The notes under the pieces: model-generated | What the model was told of the DNA's origin: nothing | Databases searched by the model: none | Seen by the model: the letters and a program-made list of their open reading frames with translations, nothing else | Made by a program: the position numbers and the translations under genes | Assembly: GCA_965644315.1 (NCBI GenBank) | Contig: CBFFRQ010000146.1 | Location: 1 to 21,093 of the forward strand | Origin: Caecitellus pseudoparvulus | Taxonomy: Eukaryota; Protista; Bigyra: Bicosoecida | Length of the DNA stretch: 21,093 nucleotides | Direction of reading: 5' to 3' | Shown: positions 12,501-21,053 of the stretch, in pieces | Numbering within the stretch: the stretch's first letter is position 1 | Layout of the letters: each line of letters opens with the position of its first letter

Positions 12501-15500
12501 TGGCAGGTGCTGGGCCGGCCCACATTGCTGTTCGCACGGGTGCACAATGTGCCGCTCGACTAGGTGGTGTGGCTGGTTTGCCCAGCGAAGCCTGGAACGC
12601 TGGCACCCAGACAGTGTGGGGTTGTTGGCTGGTGTACGACGCTGAGGCCGCGACAGCGTCCACTGCTCTGAGCCACTCTGTGGGCTTGTGGGACGTGCAG
12701 GCGTCGCAGTGGCTGGCGCCGCTGCGCAGTGTGGGCTTTGCGACGAGTGCCCAGTGGAGCTTGGCCTGTTCAGGCGACGAGCTATGCCTCAGCAAACCGC
12801 TTGCGCCAGGCACACGATATGAAGTTGTGGTTCACAGCGCCAATGCGGCTGGCAGTGTGTCGGAAGGCCGCAGCGGCGTCGTGCAGGTGGCAGCGGAGGA
12901 AGCTGTGGTTGTCGTGGAGGCTGTGGATGCTGCACAGCAGAGCATGCGCTTCAGCGCTGATGTGACGCACGTGCGATTCACTTGGACTGTCACCTCCAGC
13001 TCGCCCCTGCAGTCAGCATTCGCCACGCTGGGCCACATCGCAGGCGCCACGTCTGAGGCACTTGGTGAAGGCATTGCCCTGGATGCAGCAACTTGGAACA
13101 CCTCCAACCCCAGCCCAGGCGTGTACGTGACTCGTGGCGCCGCTGCGTTTGCAGGCCTTGAGCTGCAACACGGCATGGCGGTAGTGGTGAGCGTGCAGGC
13201 GCAGACTGAGGATGGCCGCCGTGCTGTGGGCGCTTCCCTGCCCGTGTTCATGGATGCGCCGTGGTCTCCGCCAGCGTGGTCCGGCGCTGTGGCGATGCTG
13301 GATGGTGCCTGGTTCGGCACAGCTTCACTGCACGCTGGCTCGGCGGCCAAGGCTGTTACAATTGCTGGAGCTGCAGTGGGCGGGATGGGCCGGGTTGTGG
13401 CTGCTGCGCTGTCGCCTGACCTGGCCAGCAAAGACTCGAACGCTTCATGTGGAGCACAGCTGCAGAGTCACCTCGTGGTTGGGGATTCAAGCGCAGGCGT
13501 GTCCTTGCGCCTGCCAGTGCCCACGGACGACATCAGCGGCATCACCGTGCACGAAGTTGCGCTCATCCACAGTCCGTTTTCGGATGGCTCATGCAACGGT
13601 GGGAGCTTCTCCTCCCCGCAATGGCTCGCTGCTGGCGAGGCCGACTTCGTGCAGCTCAGCGCGGATGCTACCTTTGTGACGCTGCCAGCCTCAGCCTTGG
13701 CTGGACGTGTGACTGTGCTGCTCATGCGAGCAGTGAACGGTGCCAGGCAGCAGTCAGTGTACACGTCGCCCCTGCTCGTCGTGGACGGCGATGATGCTCG
13801 TGTGCGAGACCAATCCCCACAGCCTGGCGCGCCGTCCATCCCAGTGCCGGTTGTCAGTGCTACCTGGGCGCCTCCAGTGCAGCGCTGGGTGCAGGGTGGC
13901 TCACGGGATATTGCCTTCCGCCTGCCACTGGTTTCGGCTGTGTCTGTGCCGCTGCAAGGCATGGCGTGGGCGCTGCTCGCTGTGTCACCTGCGGGAGAAG
14001 AAGTGGTGGCTCAAGGGTCCGTGGCATCGCATGAACTGCTACAGGTGGCTTCCGCCTCGGAAGGACTGCTGCAGAGCGTGCCTCTGGACGCTGCCTTCGC
14101 AGCTGCACAAGGCTTCCGAGTGCAAGTCGCGGTGAGCAAGGCGGGCGGCGGGCTCCTGCAGCTGTCCTCCCCCACTGTCCGCCTCGTGCGCACACACCCA
14201 CTGCCCGGCACACTGGCCCTGCTCCCAGATGCACAAGCATGTGGCACTAGCGCAGCCGCCTCCGTGCCAGCTGCCGCGCTGCAGCAAGCTCTGCCGTGGA
14301 CCCGCACCTTCCGCGTGTCTTCGCTCACCGCCAGCGCCTGTGCGCCCCGCACGCTGCAGGCCTCGACTCTGCATGGTGGAAGCGCGGCCCACATCGCAGC
14401 TGGCGAGCTTGCAGAGGCGGTGGCACAGGCTGGCAGTGACCTGCCGTTCATCGTGCCCATGAGCCACGTGGAGCTGTCCCTGGCGAATTGGGCGGATGCA
14501 GGTGCCGGCCTCAGCTCCCTCACACTCACAGTGGGTGCCACGGCTCTGGGGTCTCAAGCCATGCCTCACATGCGGGAGGTGGGCAGCTGGGACGCAGTGC
14601 GATCCAGCGCCTCGTGGACTGACCTTGACCAAGTGGAGAGCGGCCGCGTAGCTCAGGTGACCCTGAACTCCAGCGCACTGGAGGGCGGCGACACGCTGTG
14701 GCTCACAGCTGTCGCCACGAACTTCGCAGGCCTGTCCACAGCAGTCATCGCCCCTCTGGGTGTGCTGGATGTGACACCGCCTGCCTTGACACCACGCATC
14801 TTCATGCCACGAGGCGGCCATGCACTGCTGCCAGGTCCCGGCTTCTCACAGGCGGAGGCTGCCGCGGCCGCCTGCGCAGTACAGACCATGCCTGATCTGA
14901 AGCCTGCGTCCTTCACGACTGTGGAGTCTGTGCAGGCCGGGCTGGTGCTGCGCTTGGAGGGCCTGGGAGATGCCCAGTCAAGACTGGCTAGCGCCACCCT
15001 GTCCGTGCTCGTTGTGCCTGGCCAGCGGAACGGCTCAGGTCCAGCACAGCTGAGCTCCGACCTGCTGCGCATTGGCTCAGGGCTGGTGGACGAGTCTTGC
15101 ACTCTGTCTGCCGTATCCCAAGCGTCAAGCACGGCAGTTGACTCGGGCGCCGTGCTCGCCCTGCAGGGTGGCCTGTGCTCCTGCACACCCAGCGCCACAT
15201 CCCACCCTCTAGGCGCCCCCGCAACGCTTGCCTTGGCCCCCAGTCCCAACGCGCTCACACTCGCTGTGTCACCTGTGCCATGGGGCCATAACGACCGCCT
15301 CTTCCCTGTTGCCCAGGTGGCCAATGGTGCAGGCTCGCAGCAGCTCGTGCTGGGGCAGCCCGTGTTGCTGGACGGCACGGCGCCCACCTGGAGCGACGAA
15401 GTCGAGGTGCGTGACGGCGGCGACGTGGACGCAGACTGCATCCTGGGCAGTCCTGGGGCAGTGTTCCAAGCCTCATGGACACCAGCAGCTGATGCAGAGT

Positions 15501-15814
15501 CGGGCATCCTGCAGTACGAGTGGTGCATTGGCAGCACCGGCTCTGACGCCGGGCGGGACGACCTCATGCCATGCAGGCTCGTGGGCGACTCCCTGGAAGC
15601 CAGTGCCCTGCTGACTGGGCCAGACCAAGATGAAGATGGCTTCTTCACCTGGCCGTCTGGCGGCACGCTCTTCGTGAGCGTGCGGGCCCAGAACGGAGCT
15701 GGGACGTGGGGCGCCTGGATCACGTCGGACGGCGCCCGAGCCCTGTGTGATGCAGCACAGGACACTTCCTGTGTGGTGGAGGATGTCCGCGGGGTGCTAT
15801 GTGTAGCATTGTAA
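494..15814 (+). CDS. Giant predicted secreted multidomain protein (~5,059 aa): 8 CTLDs, 2 ALK/LTK-type glycine-rich domains, Cys-rich block, ~20 FN3-like repeats; spliced join(494..752,821..914,988..15814)
   Basis: ORF 854..15814 is stop-free for 4986 codons. Removing two GT-AG introns (753-820, 915-987) joins it in frame to the signal-peptide/CTLD part of ORF 29..826, reading ...GGELAAFHSHA-D-LTAVASALNLDETDESWIWFKVTNTGSSFN-I-DCSPYNG... The exons sum to 259+94+14827=15180 nt, or 5060 codons. The start at ATG 494 is inferred from the following hydrophobic leader; upstream in-frame ATGs such as 410 cannot be excluded. Confidence 0.9.
753..820 (+). other. Spliceosomal intron 1 of the giant gene (68 nt, phase 1)
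   Basis: Donor GTGCGA at 753, branch-like CCCTGAC at ~796-802, acceptor CAG at 818-820. Removal bypasses the TGA at 824 and restores a CTLD-like sequence containing SWIW. Confidence 0.8.
915..987 (+). other. Spliceosomal intron 2 of the giant gene (73 nt, phase 2)
   Basis: Donor GTACGT at 915, branch-like GCTCAC near 956-961, C-rich tract, acceptor CAG at 985-987. Removal puts exon 2 in frame with the 4986-aa ORF. Confidence 0.8.
1175..1266 (+). repeat. Pro/Ser/Thr-rich linker with a 6-aa (18-nt) repeat (PSRTPS) x ~3
   Basis: TTASPTPSRTPSPSRTPSPSRTPTPTVTPRP lies between CTLD1 and CTLD2 and resembles a glycosylated spacer. Confidence 0.8.
3170..5060 (+). other. Two tandem ALK/LTK-type glycine-rich domains (approx. 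3170-4080 and 4100-5060)
   Basis: Copy 1 reads FTVPAGV..IKARGAGGG...GGAGAYASGYI...VEVGG...LLVAGGGGGGG...GGGGHMGGGAG...GGGGGGTSF...GHVMI. Copy 2 reads VRLYGAGG...GGPGGFFYG...FEVGKPG...GGGRTAL...IAVVGGGGGG...GGDGFYGGG...GGGGGAGF...GAVDVSF. The motif order matches the glycine-rich domain of ALK/LTK ectodomains. Confidence 0.75.
5063..5815 (+). other. Cysteine-rich block (CND..AC...D.C..G.C repeats, a VWC-like unit and a disintegrin-like unit)
   Basis: Contains GTACNDDLACTFRDNCTSNGLCQG, ACNDTDACSYDDQCVSGICMG, CDIGGTLYAHGEVNPAQPECQYCD and ECRLAPTCDGTRATCP. Confidence 0.65.
6092..7441 (+). other. Second array of three C-type-lectin-like domains (approx. 6092-6532, 6542-7015, 7025-7441)
   Basis: The units read CPSGY...CIKYVSSPASWAAAQASCAAEGGWLAS...CWLG...PFLCE; CPPGF...ARAGCESVGG...CWLG...AMCE; and CPAGH...CALGGG...CWTGLSDRVERGTWV...DCAAM...DC....AVC. 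Confidence 0.8.
7700..15750 (+). repeat. Array of about 20 fibronectin-III-like / Ig-like beta-sandwich repeats (~110-200 aa each)
   Basis: A consensus G.V.D...W..F.D.ES.I..Y...G....D....VG...L..G..Y...V.A.N.AGL....SDG..VD.TPP recurs. Unit ends by eye are near 7850, 8263, 8632, 9054, 9420, 9776, 10118, 10505, 10843, 11176, 11494, 12154, 12518, 12905, 13273, 13797, 14200, 14782, 15385 and 15750. Units after ~12500 are more degenerate. Confidence 0.75.
11567..11842 (+). other. EGF-like plus TNFR/ephrin-receptor-like Cys-rich module
   Basis: Contains CVCGAGYELNALTGACEPC and CAPGTFSQSGTCTPCPAGTFKAGTGDSLSLCLPC. Confidence 0.7.
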
Positions 15815-16049
15815 GTTGAGCTGCAACTGGAATGCAATGATTGCTCTGTCTTCATTTGCTGCGACCGCACTGCGCACCTGTCGCATCACTCTGAGTGACT
15901 CCTTTCCAGCAGATCGCTGACTTGATCGGGCACGCGGAACTCTGGGGAACTCCCCCTCACAGGTGGGTAGCCTGTGCTGCAGAGATATGCCCGAGCGCCT
16001 TCTCAGGACCGTCATGCGCTTGGGTTGGATGGAGGGTGGACGGGTTGTG

Positions 16050-16080
16050 CACGTGACGACGCTCAACACCTCGTCACGTG
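16050..16080. repeat. Perfect 10-bp inverted repeat (hairpin, 11-nt loop) between the convergent genes
   Basis: CACGTGACGA (16050-16059) and TCGTCACGTG (16071-16080) are exact reverse complements. Confidence 0.7.
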
Positions 16081-16299
16081 AGCAGGGTTTATCACCGATG
16101 GCAAGCTCCCTGGGGCCTGTAGTGTTATGGTGCTCAGGAATTAATGGGTCCTTCTCTCCAATTGCACGTGGGGACACCGCCTGGCGCTGGAGGCGAGTCC
16201 TGCCGAGCTTGCGGTTGGGTTGCGTGGCGTGCATGGACTTTGCAGATTGCCTGCCTTGCCTTGCACTCTATGCCATGAAGCTCAAAGCTGCATCGGAAA

Positions 16300-16348
16300 C
16301 TGCACAAGGCTCCCGGGTCCAGGGTGCGGTGAGCAAGGCGGGCGGCGG
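16300..16348 (+). repeat. Diverged 49-nt direct copy of giant-gene coding sequence 14103-14151
   Basis: Ungapped 43/49 identity, including a 23-nt exact block GCGGTGAGCAAGGCGGGCGGCGG. It translates AQGSRVQGAVSKAGGG versus AQGFRVQVAVSKAGGG. Confidence 0.85.
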
Positions 16349-16518
16349 TGAGCTTGTCAGCTGCAACGGGGCAGCGCGCAGGTTGAAAAGGCGGAGCTTT
16401 CAGCTCTGAAAACCACGCTAGCACCTACCGCCAGAGAGCCTACCAGTGCGAACCGGCCACGTCACGATTGCATTCCATGGCATTGTAGAAGGCTGCCGCC
16501 TTCGCAAGCTTCTCCCAC

Positions 16519-18614
16519 TTACCATGCCCGTCCGCCGGACCCCCCTCGCCGTCCAGCAGACATGCTGCGTGCTGGGGACCCGCTGCGGGAGGTTGTCTTG
16601 CCGAAGTTGCGGCCACGACGGGGGCTCCCGCCATCTGCAACGATGCGCGACCGGCGCATGCTGCCGGAGGTGAGGTTCGGGCGCATCAGCACAGAGATGT
16701 CGTGGATGATTTCATCTGTGCCTTGGTTTGTTCGGCCGTTGAACCGCTTACCGGCACGGTTGTCGCTCTCACCATTGATGCGCCCGTCGCCGCTCCGGAA
16801 GCGCTCAGCGTACACGCCCGTGTAGTTGCGCACGTCGTACAGGCGCTTGTAGATGCCGGCCAGAGGCACGACGTCCTCGCCAGTCTTGTTCATCTCATGA
16901 AGGACCAAGTCGTAGTGGGGCACGAGGTGGTTGGCGATGAGCAGGCGCAGGCCATCTGCAGGGGTGTAGTCGGGGTACTTGCGCTCGGAGATGGCAGACA
17001 GCGCATCCAAGAAGTGCGTAAAACCCAGCCGGCGCTCCAGCTTAGGACGGGCCTTGGTGAAGATCAGGTCAATCTCAGTTCGCGTGACGATCCTGTCCAT
17101 GAGGCCAGGGCACTCCTTGGCGAACTTCATGAACATGAAGGAGTCCAGGCTGTCCTGCACCGTCATGACGCTGCTGCGGCCGAAGTTGCAGTAGAAGTGG
17201 AAGATGTCTTGGATCTGCACCTGGCTCAGCTTGGGCAGGGACTCGACATCAGTCAACACCAGTTGGCCAACAGAGTTCGTGCTGGTGGCGTAGGCTGGCG
17301 TGGGCGCACCACGCCGACCGGATCCCCCCCCTCTCGCACTCCCTGCACCCCCTCCACGGCTTCCCATGCTAGCCTGCAGCTTGGAGATGCGTGCAGAGCG
17401 ATCTCGGATCGCAAGCTGAAGGTCGCGCACCGCTGTCGGGTCCGTCGTCGTCTCCAGCTGGCCCGTGAAGTGCTCGATGTCTGCGTACAGCTCGTCGATC
17501 TCAGCAGCAGCTTCAGCGGCAGACCCCCCTCCTCCTGAGCCACCCTCCTCCTCTTGCAACTTGCCGGCGAGGGCCATGATGGTGGAGGCCAGCGCCGTCG
17601 TGTCTCCGCTGGCTTGCGCCGCGGCAATGCTGGCCATGAGCTCGTCCTGAGCCCGCTTGTCCACGCCGCCACGGGCTGCCCCCCCGCTGCTTGCGGGGCG
17701 CCGGGTGGAGCGGCCACGGCTGCTTGCTCGTCCCTTGCTGCGGGATCGGCGGCCAGGGGTGGAGGAGCGAGAAGGGGAGCCACTGCGCCCCTTGCGGCCC
17801 ATGGTGCCAGACTTGAGATCGGGGCGCATCAGCACAGAGATGTCGTGGATGATTTCATCCGTTCGCTGGTTCGTCATCCCCGTGAACCGCTTACCGGCAC
17901 GGTTGTCGCTCTCACCGTTGATGCGCCCGTCGCCGCTCCGGAAGCGCTCAGCGTACACGCCCGTGTAGTTGCGCACGTCGTACAGGCGCTTGTAGATGCC
18001 GGCCAGAGGCACGACGTCCTCGCCAGTCTTCTCCATCTCGTGTGTCACAAGGTCGTAGTGGGGCACGAGGTGGTTGGCGATGAGCAGGCGCAGGCCCTCG
18101 GCTGGCGGGAAGTCAGGGTGCTTGCGCTCCGAGATGGCAGACAGCGCATCCAGGAAGTGCTCGAAGGAGAGACGGCGCTCAAACTTAGGACGGGCCTTGG
18201 TGAAGATCAGGTCAATGTCGGTGCGGGTGACGCCGCCGCCCAACAGGCCAGGGCACTCCTTGGCGAACTTCATGAACATGAAGGAGTCCAGGCTGTCTTG
18301 CACCGTCATGACGCTGCTGCGGCCGAAGTTGCAGTAGAACATAAAGATGTCGTGGATCTGCTCCTTAGTCAACAGCCGCGCGGGTGCCTGACGTGCACCA
18401 GCACCACCCGGCCCACGCGCAGAGGCTGACGCGTCAACCTGCTCCCGAGCCTGCACGCGGTGAATGCTCTCACGCAAGTCACTGCTGTACTTTGATTCGG
18501 CTGCGTAGGGGGGTGGGCATGGGATGAGACATTCGCACACTCGCAGGCAGTCCTTGTGGTGCAGCGCGCGGGGAGCGGAAGTTGGTGTGCAACACGCTCC
18601 GACGTACCAGCCAT
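16519..18614 (-). CDS. TPPP/p25-alpha family microtubule-associated protein with two tandem p25-alpha domains (662 aa); complement(join(16519..18500,18608..18614))
   Basis: Two copies of IF.FYCNFG...LDSFMFMKFAKECPGL....VTRT[DE]IDLIFTKARPK.ERRL.F.HFLDALSAISERK.P...RLYDVRNYTGVYAERF match p25-alpha hallmarks (F.K..K[DE]C, T..D[IL][IV]F.K, RL.D...YTG....RF). The likely start is ATG GCT G at 18614-18608 followed by a GT-AG intron, giving MAAESKYSSD. Exons sum to 7+1982=1989 nt, or 663 codons. Confidence 0.88.
16672..18372 (-). repeat. Internal direct duplication: 17815-18372 versus 16672-17229 (558 nt, offset 1143 nt)
   Basis: The two p25-alpha coding units are collinear at a constant offset. 16740-16887 vs 17883-18030 has 1 mismatch in 148 nt, and 17102-17196 vs 18245-18339 has 1 mismatch in 95 nt. 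Confidence 0.92.
18501..18607 (-). other. Spliceosomal intron of the TPPP-like gene (107 nt, phase 1)
   Basis: On the minus strand the donor GTACGT (same hexamer as giant-gene intron 2) follows ATGGCTG directly, and a C-rich tract precedes the acceptor ...CCCCCCTACGCAG. Splicing is in frame with ORF 16519..18540, whose own start is a GTG inside this intron. Confidence 0.85.
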
Positions 18615-19164
18615 CGTAGGGTTCAAGAAAAAGGCTTGGGGAGAATGAATCCCTCAGATATCACGCTTCTGTGCGTGGGTTACCCGTCAAGGAGCAATGT
18701 AATGTTCACAGCGACCACAAACACCTTGGCGGTCGGCCAGTGAACTGCAACTGCGAGGTTGCTTGCGACACCAGCGGCAAGGCACCAGCAGTGATTCAGT
18801 GCGAGGCAAACACGCAAACAAGCATGCGCATGCAAGGTGTCGGCGAGTTGTGTGTAAGTTGACGTTTGGCATTGCCGAGGAACTGTCATCCCCGCGCCTG
18901 AATGCCAAGGGCTTCCCCTCCAAACCCTGCTCTGGCCTCATCCCTGCCACACTCTGGCTCTCACTGCATGAAGTCCACCTGGAACGCCCAACCTCCACCT
19001 CCACCACACTTGCCCTCGGCCGCAACAGTGTGCTTCAGGCGATAGACATGCGTCCGGCTTGCACTGGCAACCCTGCCTTGTATCTGCGACTAGAACCAGA
19101 AGGGAAGCTCATTGCTGCAGCCCTGCGCGCCTGGCCGCGCTGCACGATGACCAGGACGAAGGAG

Positions 19165-19204
19165 GTCTGATACAGGTCAAACGGAAGGAGAGTCCAATGA
19201 ACAC
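19165..19204 (+). repeat. Left arm of a 40-bp inverted repeat
   Basis: GTCTGATACAGGTCAAACGGAAGGAGAGTCCAATGAACAC matches the reverse complement of 21054-21093 at 38/40 positions, with the first 29 identical. Confidence 0.92.
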
Positions 19205-20259
19205 TGTGCGGGTTTGCAGCGCTGGCCAGTCCAGCGCGCAGCCAGGCAAGAGCAGCGTGGTCGACGTCGCGTTGCACCGCATGCTGGCTGTGGCAGAGAG
19301 CAAGGGATAGAGGTGCTCTTTCTATCACTACTTTACGCAGCTTGGGTTGACATGCACCAGATCAAGTCCCGTCTCAACGTGGGTGGGGACTAAGCCCGGC
19401 AGGGTTGGACCAAGGCCGCCTGTCAGGCAGCGTGGGCCAGGCACAACAATCGAGACTTGGCCGAGAGCGGCAAGATCTGCCAACCACACCGCGCTCGGCA
19501 TGCTGCCTTGAATATACAAGCACTGATTGCCTCGACTTTATACGTCTCGGACGGAATTTGACCTGGTCAATCGGTTTACCTCATTGAAAGACGCTGTTCT
19601 TGTGCGCCCCGACATGGACATCTGCTGCTCAACAAAGAAATCTCCACAACGAAGACTCCCGCAGACAGTCACGAACCCGTGTTGCTTTCAGTCGACTGCT
19701 TGTTTCATGAACGCAGGAATGCCACGCTATCGGGCGATACAGCCTGATACGAAAGCGGCAGCGAAGCGGACATCGTAAAAACAAGAATCCTCCAAACTAT
19801 CCCCAATCTCTTTCACAGTCGGAGAGCACAACAATAAATCATTTGCAGCATGCTCCAACTCACCACTTCTCGCCAGTTGCCGCAAGCTCACTGCATCAAC
19901 ACCCAAAAACAGCCTTGTTGAGGCAGATTCCTGCATCACGCCAATGTACACATCAAGTATTAGCAACCTTTAGGAGAAAGCAAGGCTCTAGTTCACAGAG
20001 CGGAAACACATTTATTGCGCGCGTTTGACCCACACGAAAAGAGAACATTCGACTTCACGAGACCAAACTCCTCAGACACTGTGCACCCCTTTCAACCCTC
20101 TAGACAGAGGTTCAGCATGCCGATTTTCTCAAGGAATCCTCCAAAGAGAGCATCAAGTGTTCAGAGAAGAACAAAACGTAAGCTGCATCCAATGCAAGTT
20201 AAATACTCGACTTCTTTGGCTATGTAAAACAAAAATGCCTCTCTAGAAGCTTGTCTGAA

Positions 20260-21050
20260 AAGGGCAAAAACACGACAGAGCTCTCACGCTCATCTGTATC
20301 ACTCAACAGGAAAAGTGCAGACAAAGGAATGTAAATCTACGAGGCATTCCAGCTTACACCATTGAAACTACGAGTGCCTTCAGCAATCAAGTGTTCGGCG
20401 AAAATGATGCCCCACAGATAGAGTATCAGAATGGCGAGCTTGTGGTACACAGATAAAATGGCAAAAGCTGTCCATCGGAGCTATTCAGTCAGAAACCATC
20501 AAAATTTGCTTGCTTTCTAGCTTCGACGAAAATGCAATGGAATTTAATCAGCACTGTTGTACGTTGAAGTACCAAAACAGGCTTGATTTGAGTGAGCAGC
20601 TTTGTGACATTGTAGTCTGATCTGGGAATACGCTCCATAGACTGTCGCCTTTGTTGATGATCGTTGAGCTGAAGGATGAAAAATCAACTTGTAACAGAAG
20701 CCATGTCGATAGTTAGAACAGAATCAACGAAACACTTGAAACTCGCATGAGCGTTCACAAGACTAGAATCTTCAGAAACTTTCATCCAAGACACAGACCA
20801 CCCCATGAAAGTTTATATTATATCCGGTAAAGAAGCACAACAACTGCACAAACGTTATCTCTTGATGAGGCTTCGTTTTACACACTTATGGAACCCTCCC
20901 GACCACAAGCAGGGCTACAAGGAAACATTTCAAGTGTCTCTACGAAAACCTTCTTCAAAAGTACGTTCATTGGCCACCACTCATCGCGAATTCGTGTTCC
21001 GCAATTTCCCTATGAACTGTTCGGACCTCAGCGTAGAAACACTTTCCTAC
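20260..21050 (+). pseudogene. Possible disrupted coding relic with a PD-(D/E)XK-like motif
   Basis: Protein-like stretches switch between two + frames and contain stops: GIPAYTIETTSAFSNQVFGENDAPQIEYQNGELVVHR*, then LSEQLCDIVV*SGNTLHRLSPLLMIVELKDEK (motif at 20603-20674), then VTEAMSIVR...MKVYIISGKEAQQLHKRYLLMRL. The + strand is A-rich. Confidence 0.25.
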
Positions 21051-21053
21051 ATT

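Noticed and set aside
908-15870. Many overlapping and antisense ORFs, up to ~400 aa (e.g. 1798..2988, 2931..4073, 11255..12304, 14653..15870)
   Set aside because: These are expected shadow ORFs of GC-rich, codon-biased coding DNA, and the translations are low-complexity without domains.
15797-16424. Intergenic ORFs 15797..16234 (-), 15963..16409 (+) and 16134..16424 (-) as genes
   Set aside because: They have no recognisable domains apart from the 49-nt giant-gene remnant reported separately.
16702-18429. Duplicated + strand ORFs 16702..17538 and 17554..18429
   Set aside because: They are antisense shadows of the duplicated p25-alpha domains.
18643-18648. Initiator-like TCATTC ~30 nt upstream of the TPPP-like ATG (minus strand)
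   Set aside because: The position is plausible, but a 6-mer is too short to support without transcription-start data.
19306-19749. Small hairpins (GATAGA..TCTATC near 19306-19326; TATCGGGC..GCCTGATA near 19728-19749)
   Set aside because: Stems of 6-8 bp are expected by chance and there is no evidence for a structured ncRNA.
18763-20103. Long + frame interrupted only by TGA (alternative code or readthrough?)
   Set aside because: The translation is not protein-like, TA-containing stops are scarce in this DNA, and the frame crosses a compositional boundary.
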